A DNA stretch of 33,687 nt from Candidatus Aenigmatarchaeota archaeon (GTDB taxonomy: Archaea; Aenigmatarchaeota; Aenigmatarchaeia; GW2011-AR5; JAGGXF01), in NCBI GenBank assembly GCA_029932645.1, contig JAOZPR010000007.1:1-33687 (forward strand). Reading direction: 5' to 3'. The position numbers and the translations under genes are program-made. Shown here piece by piece: positions 1-8,326 of this stretch; within the stretch, counting starts at the first letter, position 1; every line of letters starts with the position of its first letter. Below the pieces are notes generated by a model. It did no database searches and was not told the origin of the DNA. It worked only from the letters and a program-made list of their open reading frames with translations.

Positions 1-327
1 ACTACAAAGGCATTTGGTGAAGGAACAGAACAAGAGCCAAGAATAGAAGTTAGCGGAAATGAAATCATCTATTCAAGAGCAATAAATCATCTTTGTTGCA
101 GAAAAGCTGAAATTGAAAAAGAAACTAAAGATTCAGTTATAAACATTTACGAAGTATGGAGTGGCATTGGTTGTAAATGTATATGCTTTTCTGAAATAGA
201 AGCTAAACTTCAAAATGTTCCTTTAGGCACTTATGTTGTGAATGTATATGAGAAAGGGACACAACCCGGAAACGAAGGACCAATGGAACAAAAACTAATT
301 ATTTCTCAAAATGTTGTTGTTCAATAA
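1..327 (+). CDS. 3' end of a CDS entering from the left edge; Cys-rich hypothetical protein (108 codons + stop in window)
   Basis: Frame 1 is open from base 1 to TAA at 325-327 (..INHLCCRKAEIEKE..WSGIGCKCICFSEIEAKL..QNVVVQ*). No start codon in the window and no family recognised. Confidence 0.5.
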   Translation, partial: TTKAFGEGTEQEPRIEVSGNEIIYSRAINHLCCRKAEIEKETKDSVINIYEVWSGIGCKCICFSEIEAKLQNVPLGTYVVNVYEKGTQPGNEGPMEQKLIISQNVVVQ

Positions 328-520
328 ATGCTCTGGCTCTCAAACCCGGAATTTCTCCATTCGGAAACATTGCATTAAAATCTCGTCCTCCTTTCAGTCG
401 GAGAAACTAACAGCGATTTAACGGTTTCGCTCATTTCATTCGCTTCACCCAAACTCCTCGCTAACGCTCGGAGCTTCTTTAAATCGCATATGTGCAATAT
501 TACTCGGCGGCGGACTTTAG

Positions 521-535
521 AAAAATATTTAAATT
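521..535 (+). promoter_or_regulatory. TATA-like element upstream of the 556 ORF
   Basis: AAAAATATTTAAATT lies 21-35 nt upstream of ATG 556, which fits a short-leader or leaderless archaeal promoter. Confidence 0.3.
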
Positions 536-555
536 AACTAATTAATTGAAACAAT

Positions 556-993
556 ATGAACAAGAAATTTTTATTATTCACAATATTGACTTTTCTTTTA
601 CTCCCTCAATTAGTTTCAGCAGATTTAATTACTCCGCTTTCTTTTATGACCATTCCTTTGATACCATTTATTGTTTTAATCGAAGCGTTCGTATTTTGGT
701 TGCTTGTGAATAAAGTCATAAAAGTTCCTATTGGTTTTTGGAAAATCATATTAGTTACTTTTGTTGCAAACATTGTAACTTCTTTATTAGGAACTTTTAT
801 CCCGCTTTATAGATATACTGCTGAAAATCTAATGTGGATTGGACTTGCTTTCATATTTTCTGTATTCATTGAGTGGGGAATTTATATTCCATTCTTCAGA
901 AAAGTCAATATAAAAATCCTTGATTTACTAAAAATTTCTTTTGTAGGAAATTTAATTACTTACGCAATACTTGCTTTCTTTCAATTAATTTAA
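556..993 (+). CDS. Hypothetical integral membrane protein (145 aa)
   Basis: ATG 556, TAA 991-993. Signal-like N-terminus MNKKFLLFTILTFLLLPQLVSA, then about 4 hydrophobic helices with buried Glu (VLIEAFVF, FIEWGIY). No catalytic motif recognised. Confidence 0.6.
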   Translation: MNKKFLLFTILTFLLLPQLVSADLITPLSFMTIPLIPFIVLIEAFVFWLLVNKVIKVPIGFWKIILVTFVANIVTSLLGTFIPLYRYTAENLMWIGLAFIFSVFIEWGIYIPFFRKVNIKILDLLKISFVGNLITYAILAFFQLI

Positions 994-1178
994 GTCCGCC
1001 ACCTGCGTCATACTGTGCCTCCTTTCAGTCGGCAGTTTTTCATATTCGTGTATGTAAAACAAAAGCAAAAAGAGATGCCAAATAATCTTCTGAGTACTAA
1101 AGATACAAAGAACAGGTACCTTTATTTATTTAATCATCGGTGGTCTCCTACATGAAGCAGCAGACAGAAAACAGAAAG

Positions 1179-1616
1179 TCACGCAGGCCCAATTTCTTTT
1201 ATTTTGTCTTTGTCTATGAACAGATGTTTTGTTTTGTCTGACAAATCATCGAGATAAAGAAAGGTCGAGCCGACTGTTCTAAGCCTTCCCCTTATGGTCT
1301 CTCCATCTGTTGTTCTTATTACAACCTCTTTTCCCGTCAAGTTTGCTGTTGAATCTGCATCTTCTTTCTGCTCTTTCTGCGGTTTTTCTATTATCTTTTT
1401 GTTTGTCTCGCCAGGCAGTATATGCTTGATAAGGTTACCTTGACCAGACAAGACATAGCCGGTTATCGCACCTGTGGCGGGTATGGCGTAATAGAGAAAT
1501 AAAGAAGTGAACTTAGTAAGACCAACCGACAGAAAAATAGGTATGAGCAAAGACAATATGGCAATACCAACAAAGGTGCCGATTAAGACTTCATCTTTTA
1601 TCTTTATATTGGGCAT
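1179..1616 (-). CDS. Membrane-anchored protein with a C-terminal small beta-barrel (Sm-like?) domain (145 aa)
   Basis: Two N-terminal hydrophobic helices, a charged linker (KPQKEQKEDAD), and a C-terminal pattern VVIRTTDGETIRGRLRTVGSTFLYLDD..LFIDKDKIKEI. Its ATG (1614-1616) overlaps the metK stop (1616-1618) by 1 nt. Confidence 0.6.
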   Translation of the reverse strand: MPNIKIKDEVLIGTFVGIAILSLLIPIFLSVGLTKFTSLFLYYAIPATGAITGYVLSGQGNLIKHILPGETNKKIIEKPQKEQKEDADSTANLTGKEVVIRTTDGETIRGRLRTVGSTFLYLDDLSDKTKHLFIDKDKIKEIGPA

Positions 1617-2794
1617 TAAAATACATGGAGCTCATTTTTTAAAAGTCTTTCTCTTATCTTGTTTATGTTCATAAACTGCTCCTGTGTGATAGACTCAACT
1701 GAAGATGCGTCAACATTACCATTAATAATTTCAACACCAGCAACCAATGGCTCTGTTATAGGCTTGCCAATTTGCGAGAGAAGCTTCACATAAATCTCTG
1801 CACCCGTCTCTTCATGTATCTTCTCAGCTATTTCCTTGGCAAGAAGGTTGTATATTTTTCCTATATGATTAACAGGGTTCTTTCCGGCAGCTGCCTCCAG
1901 ACTCATCTCTCTGTTTGGTGTTATCAGTCCATTAACGCGGTTGCCACGACCAACAGAACCAGAATCACCTGCCTCTGCGCTTGTGCCGGTAAGTGTGAGA
2001 TAGGCAATCTTCTTTTTTTCGTCGTCATTTGTATTTAGATAAATTTTTGTTTCACGACTAACTCTCTTGCTGGCGACAAAATCTTTTATCTTATCAATTA
2101 TTTCACTCTTCTTAGATATATAGTAACTCCAGTTTGGAACCTTTTTTGCTATGAAGGGCGCGGCAATTGTCAAAGATATTTTGCTGTTGGACCTCAGTCC
2201 CATAACCTTAATATCCTCGCCAAGCTCTGGGAATTCTGTTTTCGTTTTCTTTGAGTTCAAGAATCTTTCCATATTCAAGACTAGATTCTCTAGTTCTGAT
2301 AGAGGAGCAAAACCGACGCCGAAAGATGTATCATTAGCGAGAATCACCTTTTCTTTGGTCTCGAAAATGTGCGATATGCTTAAAGCACCAGGACTTACTC
2401 TTGAATCTATAGTAACGTCTGTGTCAACATCAAGATGAGGCATGTTGCTCTTGAGGTATTGCTCAGCAGCACGCACTGCAATTTCATTTGTGGCTATCTC
2501 CTCATCACCAACCCGGTCTGTTGCCTGACCAGCAATAAGAATGAATATCGGTCTTAATATCTGTCCGCCACCAAAGGTCACCTCAGAACCGCCTGATATA
2601 ACCTCACACTGATCTGTGTTGTGGTGGAGTATCCTGCCAAATCTCTTTATGTATTCTATAGAAAGGGCTCTTGATACAGACTCTGCTATACCATCCGCCA
2701 GTGAGTCAGGATGGCCTACCCCCTTACGTTCAACTATTTCCACCCGTTGCTGCTCTATTGGTCTTTTCTGCACTTTCTCAACAACTATGTTCAT
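1616..2794 (-). CDS. metK: Archaeal-type S-adenosylmethionine synthetase (methionine adenosyltransferase)
   Basis: 392 aa with [68 protein letters not shown] and [13 protein letters not shown], collinear with archaeal MAT as I recall it from M. jannaschii. A GGGGG SD-like run (complement of 2803-2807) lies 8 nt before the ATG. Confidence 0.95.
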   Translation of the reverse strand: MNIVVEKVQKRPIEQQRVEIVERKGVGHPDSLADGIAESVSRALSIEYIKRFGRILHHNTDQCEVISGGSEVTFGGGQILRPIFILIAGQATDRVGDEEIATNEIAVRAAEQYLKSNMPHLDVDTDVTIDSRVSPGALSISHIFETKEKVILANDTSFGVGFAPLSELENLVLNMERFLNSKKTKTEFPELGEDIKVMGLRSNSKISLTIAAPFIAKKVPNWSYYISKKSEIIDKIKDFVASKRVSRETKIYLNTNDDEKKKIAYLTLTGTSAEAGDSGSVGRGNRVNGLITPNREMSLEAAAGKNPVNHIGKIYNLLAKEIAEKIHEETGAEIYVKLLSQIGKPITEPLVAGVEIINGNVDASSVESITQEQFMNINKIRERLLKNELHVF

Positions 2795-2818
2795 AACTGT
2801 TGCCCCCTTTCATCTTGT

Positions 2819-2836
2819 TATACTTTTTATACTTTT
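2819..2836 (-). repeat. Tandem 9-mer (TATACTTTT x2 on + strand) in the metK leader/promoter
   Basis: Exact tandem copies at 2819-2827 and 2828-2836, between a TATA-like TTTAAATAT (2854-2862) and the metK start. Confidence 0.6.
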
Positions 2837-2943
2837 CTAATAGCAGATGCAAGTTTAAATATTTTTCTATTAAAAATATGCATATAAGCATACAACTATA
2901 TATGGAGAGCATAAGAACTTGTATGGCGAATGTTGCATGATGA

Positions 2944-2967
2944 ATATTGCAATAAATATTGTAATAA
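2944..2967 (+). promoter_or_regulatory. Tandem 12-mer (ATATTGCAATAA / ATATTGTAATAA) overlapping the likely TATA box of the HTH-CBS gene
   Basis: 11/12 identical tandem units at 2944-2955 and 2956-2967, 23-46 nt upstream of ATG 2990. Confidence 0.4.
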
Positions 2968-2989
2968 AAAAGATAAAATGTGATGAAAG

Positions 2990-3556
2990 ATGATAAATTT
3001 TTTATCAGAACCAAGAGAAATAAAGAAAATAAGAAAAAGGCTCGGTCTGACACAAGCAAAACTGGCTCAGTTATCCGGTGTTGACCAGTCCCTAATCGCA
3101 AGAATAGAAGCTGGAGCAGACCCACGATATTCAACAGTAAAAAAAATCTTCAAAGCACTTGAAGGGCGTGTCCAGAAAAAAGAAATAGAGATAGAAAAAA
3201 TAATGAACAAAAAGATAATATTTATCAATGCTGATGATAAAATAAAAAAAGCCGTCAAAATCATGGAAGAAAAAGCGATTTCCCAGCTCCCTGTCATAGA
3301 TAATGGTGTTTTGGTCGGTTCAATAAGAGAAAGAAATATATCAGAAACTTTGCACAGGGGTGGCTTTGACAAAGAAAAAATCAGTGACATGAAAGTAAGA
3401 AACTTCATGGAGCAGTGTTTTCCAGAAATTTCAAAAGACAGCACACTTGATAATATTATTGAGCTTTTAAAATACGATCAAGCTGTACTGATAAAGAACA
3501 AGGGTAAAATCATCGGGATGATAACCAAATCTGACCTGATGAAACTTATTGAATGA
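2990..3556 (+). CDS. Transcriptional regulator: XRE-type HTH + CBS-domain pair
   Basis: 188 aa. N-terminal HTH (IRKRLGLTQAKLAQLSGVDQSLIARIE) followed by two CBS motifs (AISQLPVIDNGVLVGSI; AVLIKNKGKIIGMITKSDL). Divergent from metK. Confidence 0.85.
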   Translation: MINFLSEPREIKKIRKRLGLTQAKLAQLSGVDQSLIARIEAGADPRYSTVKKIFKALEGRVQKKEIEIEKIMNKKIIFINADDKIKKAVKIMEEKAISQLPVIDNGVLVGSIRERNISETLHRGGFDKEKISDMKVRNFMEQCFPEISKDSTLDNIIELLKYDQAVLIKNKGKIIGMITKSDLMKLIE

Positions 3557-3616
3557 AATTTGAATAAAATTGCTTAGATAAAGTAAAAACTTAAAACTAG
3601 TTCTCATAATAAAGTT

Positions 3617-4315
3617 ATGTTCGTTCGCAATCAGCCAGCAATGAAGATTGGTTCTAGCCTTGTGATAGCTGACCTACATCTAGGTATAGAAGACGAACTC
3701 AACAGGAATGGCGTAAATATCGCAGACCAGACATCGGTGTTGCTAAAAAATATTTTATCTCTCGTGAAAAAAACCAGAGCAAAAGAAATTATACTATTGG
3801 GTGATATAAAAAATTCTATTTATATAAAAAAGGAGGACAGATTTAAAATACCTTTCTTTCTTAATAAACTGGGGGATAGAATAAAGGTACTTCTAATAAA
3901 AGGAAATCATGATGGCAGAATTGAAAAGCTTGCTGGCAAAAATATTGAAGTTTGCTCCTTTGTGAAAAGAGGTTGTTATTTGCTAACACATGGCCATAAA
4001 AAAATTCCAAAAAAATTGCTTAAAGACAGTAAAACCAAGAGTATCATAATAGGGCACAACCATTCTGGCATAAGGTTTAGAGACAGATTTGGTGTTACAA
4101 GCACCGAGCCGTGTTGGGTAATCGGCACAACCAAAACAAAAGCAAAAAAACAAGTGATACTAATGCCTGCCTTTAATCCACTGGTCGGCGCAATAGCTAT
4201 TAACAAGGACGGTGTTTTAGGTCCTGTTGCAAAATCTATGCGGCTTGACAACGCAAAGATATATCTCTTGGACGGTACATACCTTGGTCATCTAAAGGAT
4301 GTTAGAATCAAATAA
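3617..4315 (+). CDS. Calcineurin-like metallophosphoesterase (MPE, ICC-like), partner of the Lhr helicase
   Basis: 232 aa with the ordered metallophosphoesterase motifs DLHLG, GDIKN, GNHD, THGH and GHNH. Lies 42 nt upstream of the Lhr-type helicase gene. Confidence 0.8.
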   Translation: MFVRNQPAMKIGSSLVIADLHLGIEDELNRNGVNIADQTSVLLKNILSLVKKTRAKEIILLGDIKNSIYIKKEDRFKIPFFLNKLGDRIKVLLIKGNHDGRIEKLAGKNIEVCSFVKRGCYLLTHGHKKIPKKLLKDSKTKSIIIGHNHSGIRFRDRFGVTSTEPCWVIGTTKTKAKKQVILMPAFNPLVGAIAINKDGVLGPVAKSMRLDNAKIYLLDGTYLGHLKDVRIK

Positions 4316-4357
4316 ATGAAATAGAAATATTGAAACGTTTGATAGGGCTGTAATAAA

Positions 4358-7210
4358 ATGGTATTTAAAAAACTTTCAAAAGGCATACAAGAGCTTATAG
4401 AAAAGAGGGGCTTTATTGAACCTACGCTAACCCAAGAACTGGGCATACCAGAAATTCTTGAGGGGAAGAATGTATTGATTATAGCGCCCACGAGTTCTGG
4501 AAAAACAGAGTCAGCAATGCTGCCCGTATTGGAAATGGTCTATGAAGGTAAAATGAAACCCATATCAGTGCTCTATATAACTCCGCTGCGTTCTCTGAAT
4601 AGAGATATGCTAAAACGGCTGTTCTGGTGGTCTGATAAACTCGGTTTGGAAATCACTGTCCGGCATGGGGATACGACTCAGCAGGAAAGGGCATTTCAGA
4701 GAGAAACCCCTGCTGATGTTTTCATCACAACGCCCGAAACACTTGGAGCAATTTTACCAGGGAAAAAAATGAGGGAACATCTCAGGAATGTTAGGTTCGT
4801 GGTCATTGATGAGATACATGAAATCTGCGAGAGTAAGCGCGGTGCGCAGCTATCGGTGCTGCTTGAAAGGCTTAGAAAAATAGCTGGTGATTTCCAGAGG
4901 ATTGGGTTATCAGCGACCGTCGGCTCACCAAAAAAGGTTGCGAATTTCTTGGGTGAAAATGTTAAAATCATCAGAGCGGGCAGCGAAAAAAAAATTAGAA
5001 TAAATGTAGAACTTCCTGAAAAAATCAAAAAAGATGTGACTATAGCAGACGCTCTCCTGGTAACAGACTCGGCTGCATCAAGACTTAGAAGAATTGATGA
5101 GATTATCAATGAACAAAGGTCATCTCTGGTCTTTACGAACACAAGGCAGACCGCAGAACTGCTTTCGTCACGAATGAGACAACTCAACAAAGACTTTTTG
5201 CAGGATGTGCACCACTCATCTATATCGAAAAAGGCAAGAATTAAAATGGAGCAAGATTTCAAAGAGGGAACACTGAAAACATTAATTTGTACCTCATCTC
5301 TTGAATTAGGAATAGACATAGGCACCATCGATATAATTATACAGTATCTGTCGCCGAGACAGGTTACAAAAATAACGCAAAGGGTTGGAAGAGCTGGTCA
5401 TACAATAAAAGAAGAGTCGCGGGGTATTGTCCTTACTGACCGTGGTGACGATGTTTTTGAATCAAGTGTTATAGCAAAACGTGCTTTAGAAAAAAAACTG
5501 GAAAAGATTAAATTACACGAAATGGCTAGCGATGTTCTCGCCTCTCAGGTTGTAGGCATGGCTCTGGAAGAATATGGGATAGATAGTAAAACCGTGTTCT
5601 CCGTAATAAAGAGAGCATACCCATTCAGAAAGATGAAAGAAAAGGAATTCTTAAACTTTTTGAAATTTCTGGCAAGTTTGCATCTTTTGTGGCTGAGCCC
5701 GACAAAACACGATAAGAGTGATGAACCGACAAACTATGAACTAAGAAGGTCGAAACGTTCATGGCAGTATTATTACGAAAATCTTTCAACCATACCAGAT
5801 GTTCATCGGTACAAGGTAATAAGTATGGTTGAACGTGAGCCTATTGGATATCTGGATGAAGAATTTGTTGCTGAATACGGTATGCCAGGAAACAGCTTTG
5901 TCTTTCGGGGACGCTTGTGGAAGATAGTAAGTGTAGATGAAGATAAAATAATGGTTGAACCGTCTGAAGATCTGCAGTCAGCAGTTCCGGCCTGGGAAGG
6001 CGAACTCATTCCTGTTCCTCTGGAGGTAGCTGAAGAGGTTGGCTGGTTAAGGTCTAAAATATCAAAGATGTTAGAAAACAAGAAAAACGTCAAAGAGATA
6101 GTCGAGGAAATTAAAAAATATTATCCTATAAACAACAATGGCGCAGAAGAGATGGTCAGACTCATTAAGAGACAGAAAAAGTTTTTTGTCCCTGACTTTA
6201 ATAACTGGCTTCTGGAGCAGTATCAGGATTTTTTGATTCTACACACGTGTGCTGGTTCCATGGTTAATGACACGCTCGGAAGATATCTGTCGTCCATAGT
6301 ATCTGCAGAAACCGGAACCTCTGTCCAGCTGAAGACAGACCCGTATAGAATAATATTAAGAAGCTTCGCAAAGCCGGAGCAGATAATAAAGATTTTAAGA
6401 GACGCTAACAGTAAAAACGATTTAGATGTTGTACTGATGAAAAATCTTGAGCGTTCGACACTGTTTAAATGGCGATTTATTCACGTCGCAAAAAGAATTG
6501 GAATACTGTCGAGACATACAAAATTTCAGAATTTCAATCTATCTAAACTTATCTCGGTATATTACGGTTCTCCTGCCTATGAGGAAACACTGAGAGAAAT
6601 ATTCCAGGAAAAGATGGACTTGAAAAACACTAAAAAAATTTTTGAACTGATTGGGAAAAAAGAAATAAAAATTGCCCTTCTCAAGAAGCTAACACCGCTT
6701 GGTGAGATAGGACTGCTCTACCAGTTCTCAGAGGTTATGAAACCTAAACTTCCGAAGCATGAAATATTTCGCGCCTTTAAAAGGCGTCTCTTACAGACCA
6801 GAGTTCAGTTGTTATGCACGCACTGCGCAGATTATTCTGTTATAAAACGCGTTAAAAGCATTGATGAACAACCAACATGCCCGAAGTGCCATTCTGGGCT
6901 AATTGCTGTTGTCAGCAGATTCCGGAGAAATCCACTAAAGTTGCTGAAAAAAGAGCGTCTATCAAAAACAGACAAAAAAATCAAGCTTACAAAAGAGGAA
7001 AAGAAAGAACTCGAAGCTATTAAAAGAAGCGCTAGTCTCACAATAACATATGGTAGGCGGTTTGCATTTGTTCAGGCTGCCAGAGGGGTCGGACCAGAAA
7101 TAGGCGCCCGCATACTTGCAAAGCTACCTAAAGATGAGGAACATCTCCTTAAATATATCTTCGAAGCTGAGCACCAGTATCAAAAAAATAAAAAATATTG
7201 GAAAGAATAA
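4358..7210 (+). CDS. lhr: Lhr-type (large helicase-related) superfamily-2 DEAD/DEAH-box helicase, archaeal long form
   Basis: 950 aa. Walker A APTSSGKT, DEIH box (VVIDEIHE), SAT, QRVGRAGH, a long Lhr-type C-terminal extension, and a CxxC..CxxC zinc ribbon (CTHCADYS..CPKCHS). Confidence 0.9.
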   Translation: MVFKKLSKGIQELIEKRGFIEPTLTQELGIPEILEGKNVLIIAPTSSGKTESAMLPVLEMVYEGKMKPISVLYITPLRSLNRDMLKRLFWWSDKLGLEITVRHGDTTQQERAFQRETPADVFITTPETLGAILPGKKMREHLRNVRFVVIDEIHEICESKRGAQLSVLLERLRKIAGDFQRIGLSATVGSPKKVANFLGENVKIIRAGSEKKIRINVELPEKIKKDVTIADALLVTDSAASRLRRIDEIINEQRSSLVFTNTRQTAELLSSRMRQLNKDFLQDVHHSSISKKARIKMEQDFKEGTLKTLICTSSLELGIDIGTIDIIIQYLSPRQVTKITQRVGRAGHTIKEESRGIVLTDRGDDVFESSVIAKRALEKKLEKIKLHEMASDVLASQVVGMALEEYGIDSKTVFSVIKRAYPFRKMKEKEFLNFLKFLASLHLLWLSPTKHDKSDEPTNYELRRSKRSWQYYYENLSTIPDVHRYKVISMVEREPIGYLDEEFVAEYGMPGNSFVFRGRLWKIVSVDEDKIMVEPSEDLQSAVPAWEGELIPVPLEVAEEVGWLRSKISKMLENKKNVKEIVEEIKKYYPINNNGAEEMVRLIKRQKKFFVPDFNNWLLEQYQDFLILHTCAGSMVNDTLGRYLSSIVSAETGTSVQLKTDPYRIILRSFAKPEQIIKILRDANSKNDLDVVLMKNLERSTLFKWRFIHVAKRIGILSRHTKFQNFNLSKLISVYYGSPAYEETLREIFQEKMDLKNTKKIFELIGKKEIKIALLKKLTPLGEIGLLYQFSEVMKPKLPKHEIFRAFKRRLLQTRVQLLCTHCADYSVIKRVKSIDEQPTCPKCHSGLIAVVSRFRRNPLKLLKKERLSKTDKKIKLTKEEKKELEAIKRSASLTITYGRRFAFVQAARGVGPEIGARILAKLPKDEEHLLKYIFEAEHQYQKNKKYWKE

Positions 7211-7293
7211 GCAGACCGAATATTGGATAGCTCATCCGTAAACCATCCATGACATATGATTAACTATTAAAGTTTTTTCTACCGCTTATACTC

Positions 7294-8193
7294 ATGGACC
7301 AAGAAATAAAAGATAAATATATCAGAGCTGGTAAGATAGCCGGAGAAGTAAGAGATTACGCCAAAAAAATAACCAAGCCCGGTAAAAAAATTCTTGATAT
7401 CGCAGAAGCAGTTGAAGCACTTATCAAGGCCAAGGGGGCTGAAATAGCTTTTCCTATCAATATTTCTATCAACGATATTGCTGCGCACGACACTGCTGAC
7501 AGAGACGATGAGAGAATTATTAGTGAAAATGATGTCGTAAAGTTAGATGTCGGCACACACATTGACGGATATATAGGTGACACCGCATGCACAGTTGCTT
7601 GGTTGCCAGAACATCAGGAACTTATAAAAGCAACTGAGCGGGCACTGGAAGAGGCGATAAAACTTTGTACACCAGGGACAAACCTTGGTGATATCTCAGC
7701 AATTATAGAGAAGACAATAACAGATTTGGGATTCAAACCCATAGCCAATCTCACAGGACATGGACTTGGAAAATACAATCTACATGCCGAGCCGACGATA
7801 CCAAATGTTGGCTTCAAAACAAGCTACACACTTCAAGAAGAGCAACCTATAGCAATAGAACCGTTCGCAACAATAAAAGATGGTGCTGGTCTGATAAAAG
7901 AATCGACAGAAAAAAAAATCTTTATGTTGATTAATCCAAAACCTGTTAGAAACCAGAATGCACGCCAAATAATAAAAATCGCTGAAAAGCGCAACGGACT
8001 CCCTTTTCCGCTTCGTTGGGTACCTGCTTCTGGAGTTGGTCTTAGAATCGGACTGAAAGAATTGATGGACAAGAATATTTTATATGATTATCCGGTTCTT
8101 AAAGAAGTCAACACGACACCCATTGCACAATCAGAACAGACTATAATCGTAGGTGAAAAACCTATGGTAACAACAAAAACAGATAATTTCTGA
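7294..8193 (+). CDS. map: Methionine aminopeptidase, type 2 (archaeal)
   Basis: 299 aa with AFPINISINDIAAHD, DVGTHIDGYIGDTA, GHGLGKYNLH and IEPFAT. Length and layout match archaeal MetAP2. Confidence 0.95.
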   Translation: MDQEIKDKYIRAGKIAGEVRDYAKKITKPGKKILDIAEAVEALIKAKGAEIAFPINISINDIAAHDTADRDDERIISENDVVKLDVGTHIDGYIGDTACTVAWLPEHQELIKATERALEEAIKLCTPGTNLGDISAIIEKTITDLGFKPIANLTGHGLGKYNLHAEPTIPNVGFKTSYTLQEEQPIAIEPFATIKDGAGLIKESTEKKIFMLINPKPVRNQNARQIIKIAEKRNGLPFPLRWVPASGVGLRIGLKELMDKNILYDYPVLKEVNTTPIAQSEQTIIVGEKPMVTTKTDNF

Positions 8194-8220
8194 TTCTGAC
8201 CGAAAGAAAAACTATAAATA

Positions 8221-8232
8221 TTTTTTATTTTT
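8221..8232 (+). terminator. Oligo-T tract downstream of map
   Basis: TTTTTTATTTTT lies 28 nt after the map stop. Archaeal termination typically uses T-runs. Confidence 0.35.
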
Positions 8233-8326
8233 GTTACACTGCCTCTTCTTTACAGATAATTATTTAATGCTTAGAACGAATTATTTAATTAACTTGTAAT
8301 TAACTAGTATTTATTATTGCGCCAAG

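Noticed and set aside
328-555. tRNA or other structured RNA gene in the noncoding stretch that appears more GC-rich than neighbouring spacers.
   Set aside because: I could fold no T-loop (GTTCRAATC-like) with flanking stems, no cloverleaf, and no C/D or H/ACA box pairs on either strand. Only short hairpins are present.
506-1003. Inverted repeats flanking ORF 556-993 as a mobile element (IS or MITE).
   Set aside because: There is no transposase or integrase and no target-site duplication directly abutting the IRs, and the arms are only 12 bp. It is kept as a low-key finding, not called a mobile element.
1075-1155. 26-codon ORF (MPNNLLSTKDTKNRYLYLFNHRWSPT) in the 994-1178 spacer.
   Set aside because: No SD or promoter-like signal, no recognisable motif, and a length consistent with chance.
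2778-3134. 118-aa minus-strand ORF spanning the metK/HTH-CBS spacer.
   Set aside because: It overlaps the metK start, the promoter region and the 5' end of the HTH-CBS gene. Its product is low-complexity (L/F/I/Y-rich) with no motif, so it is most likely an AT-rich reading-frame artefact.
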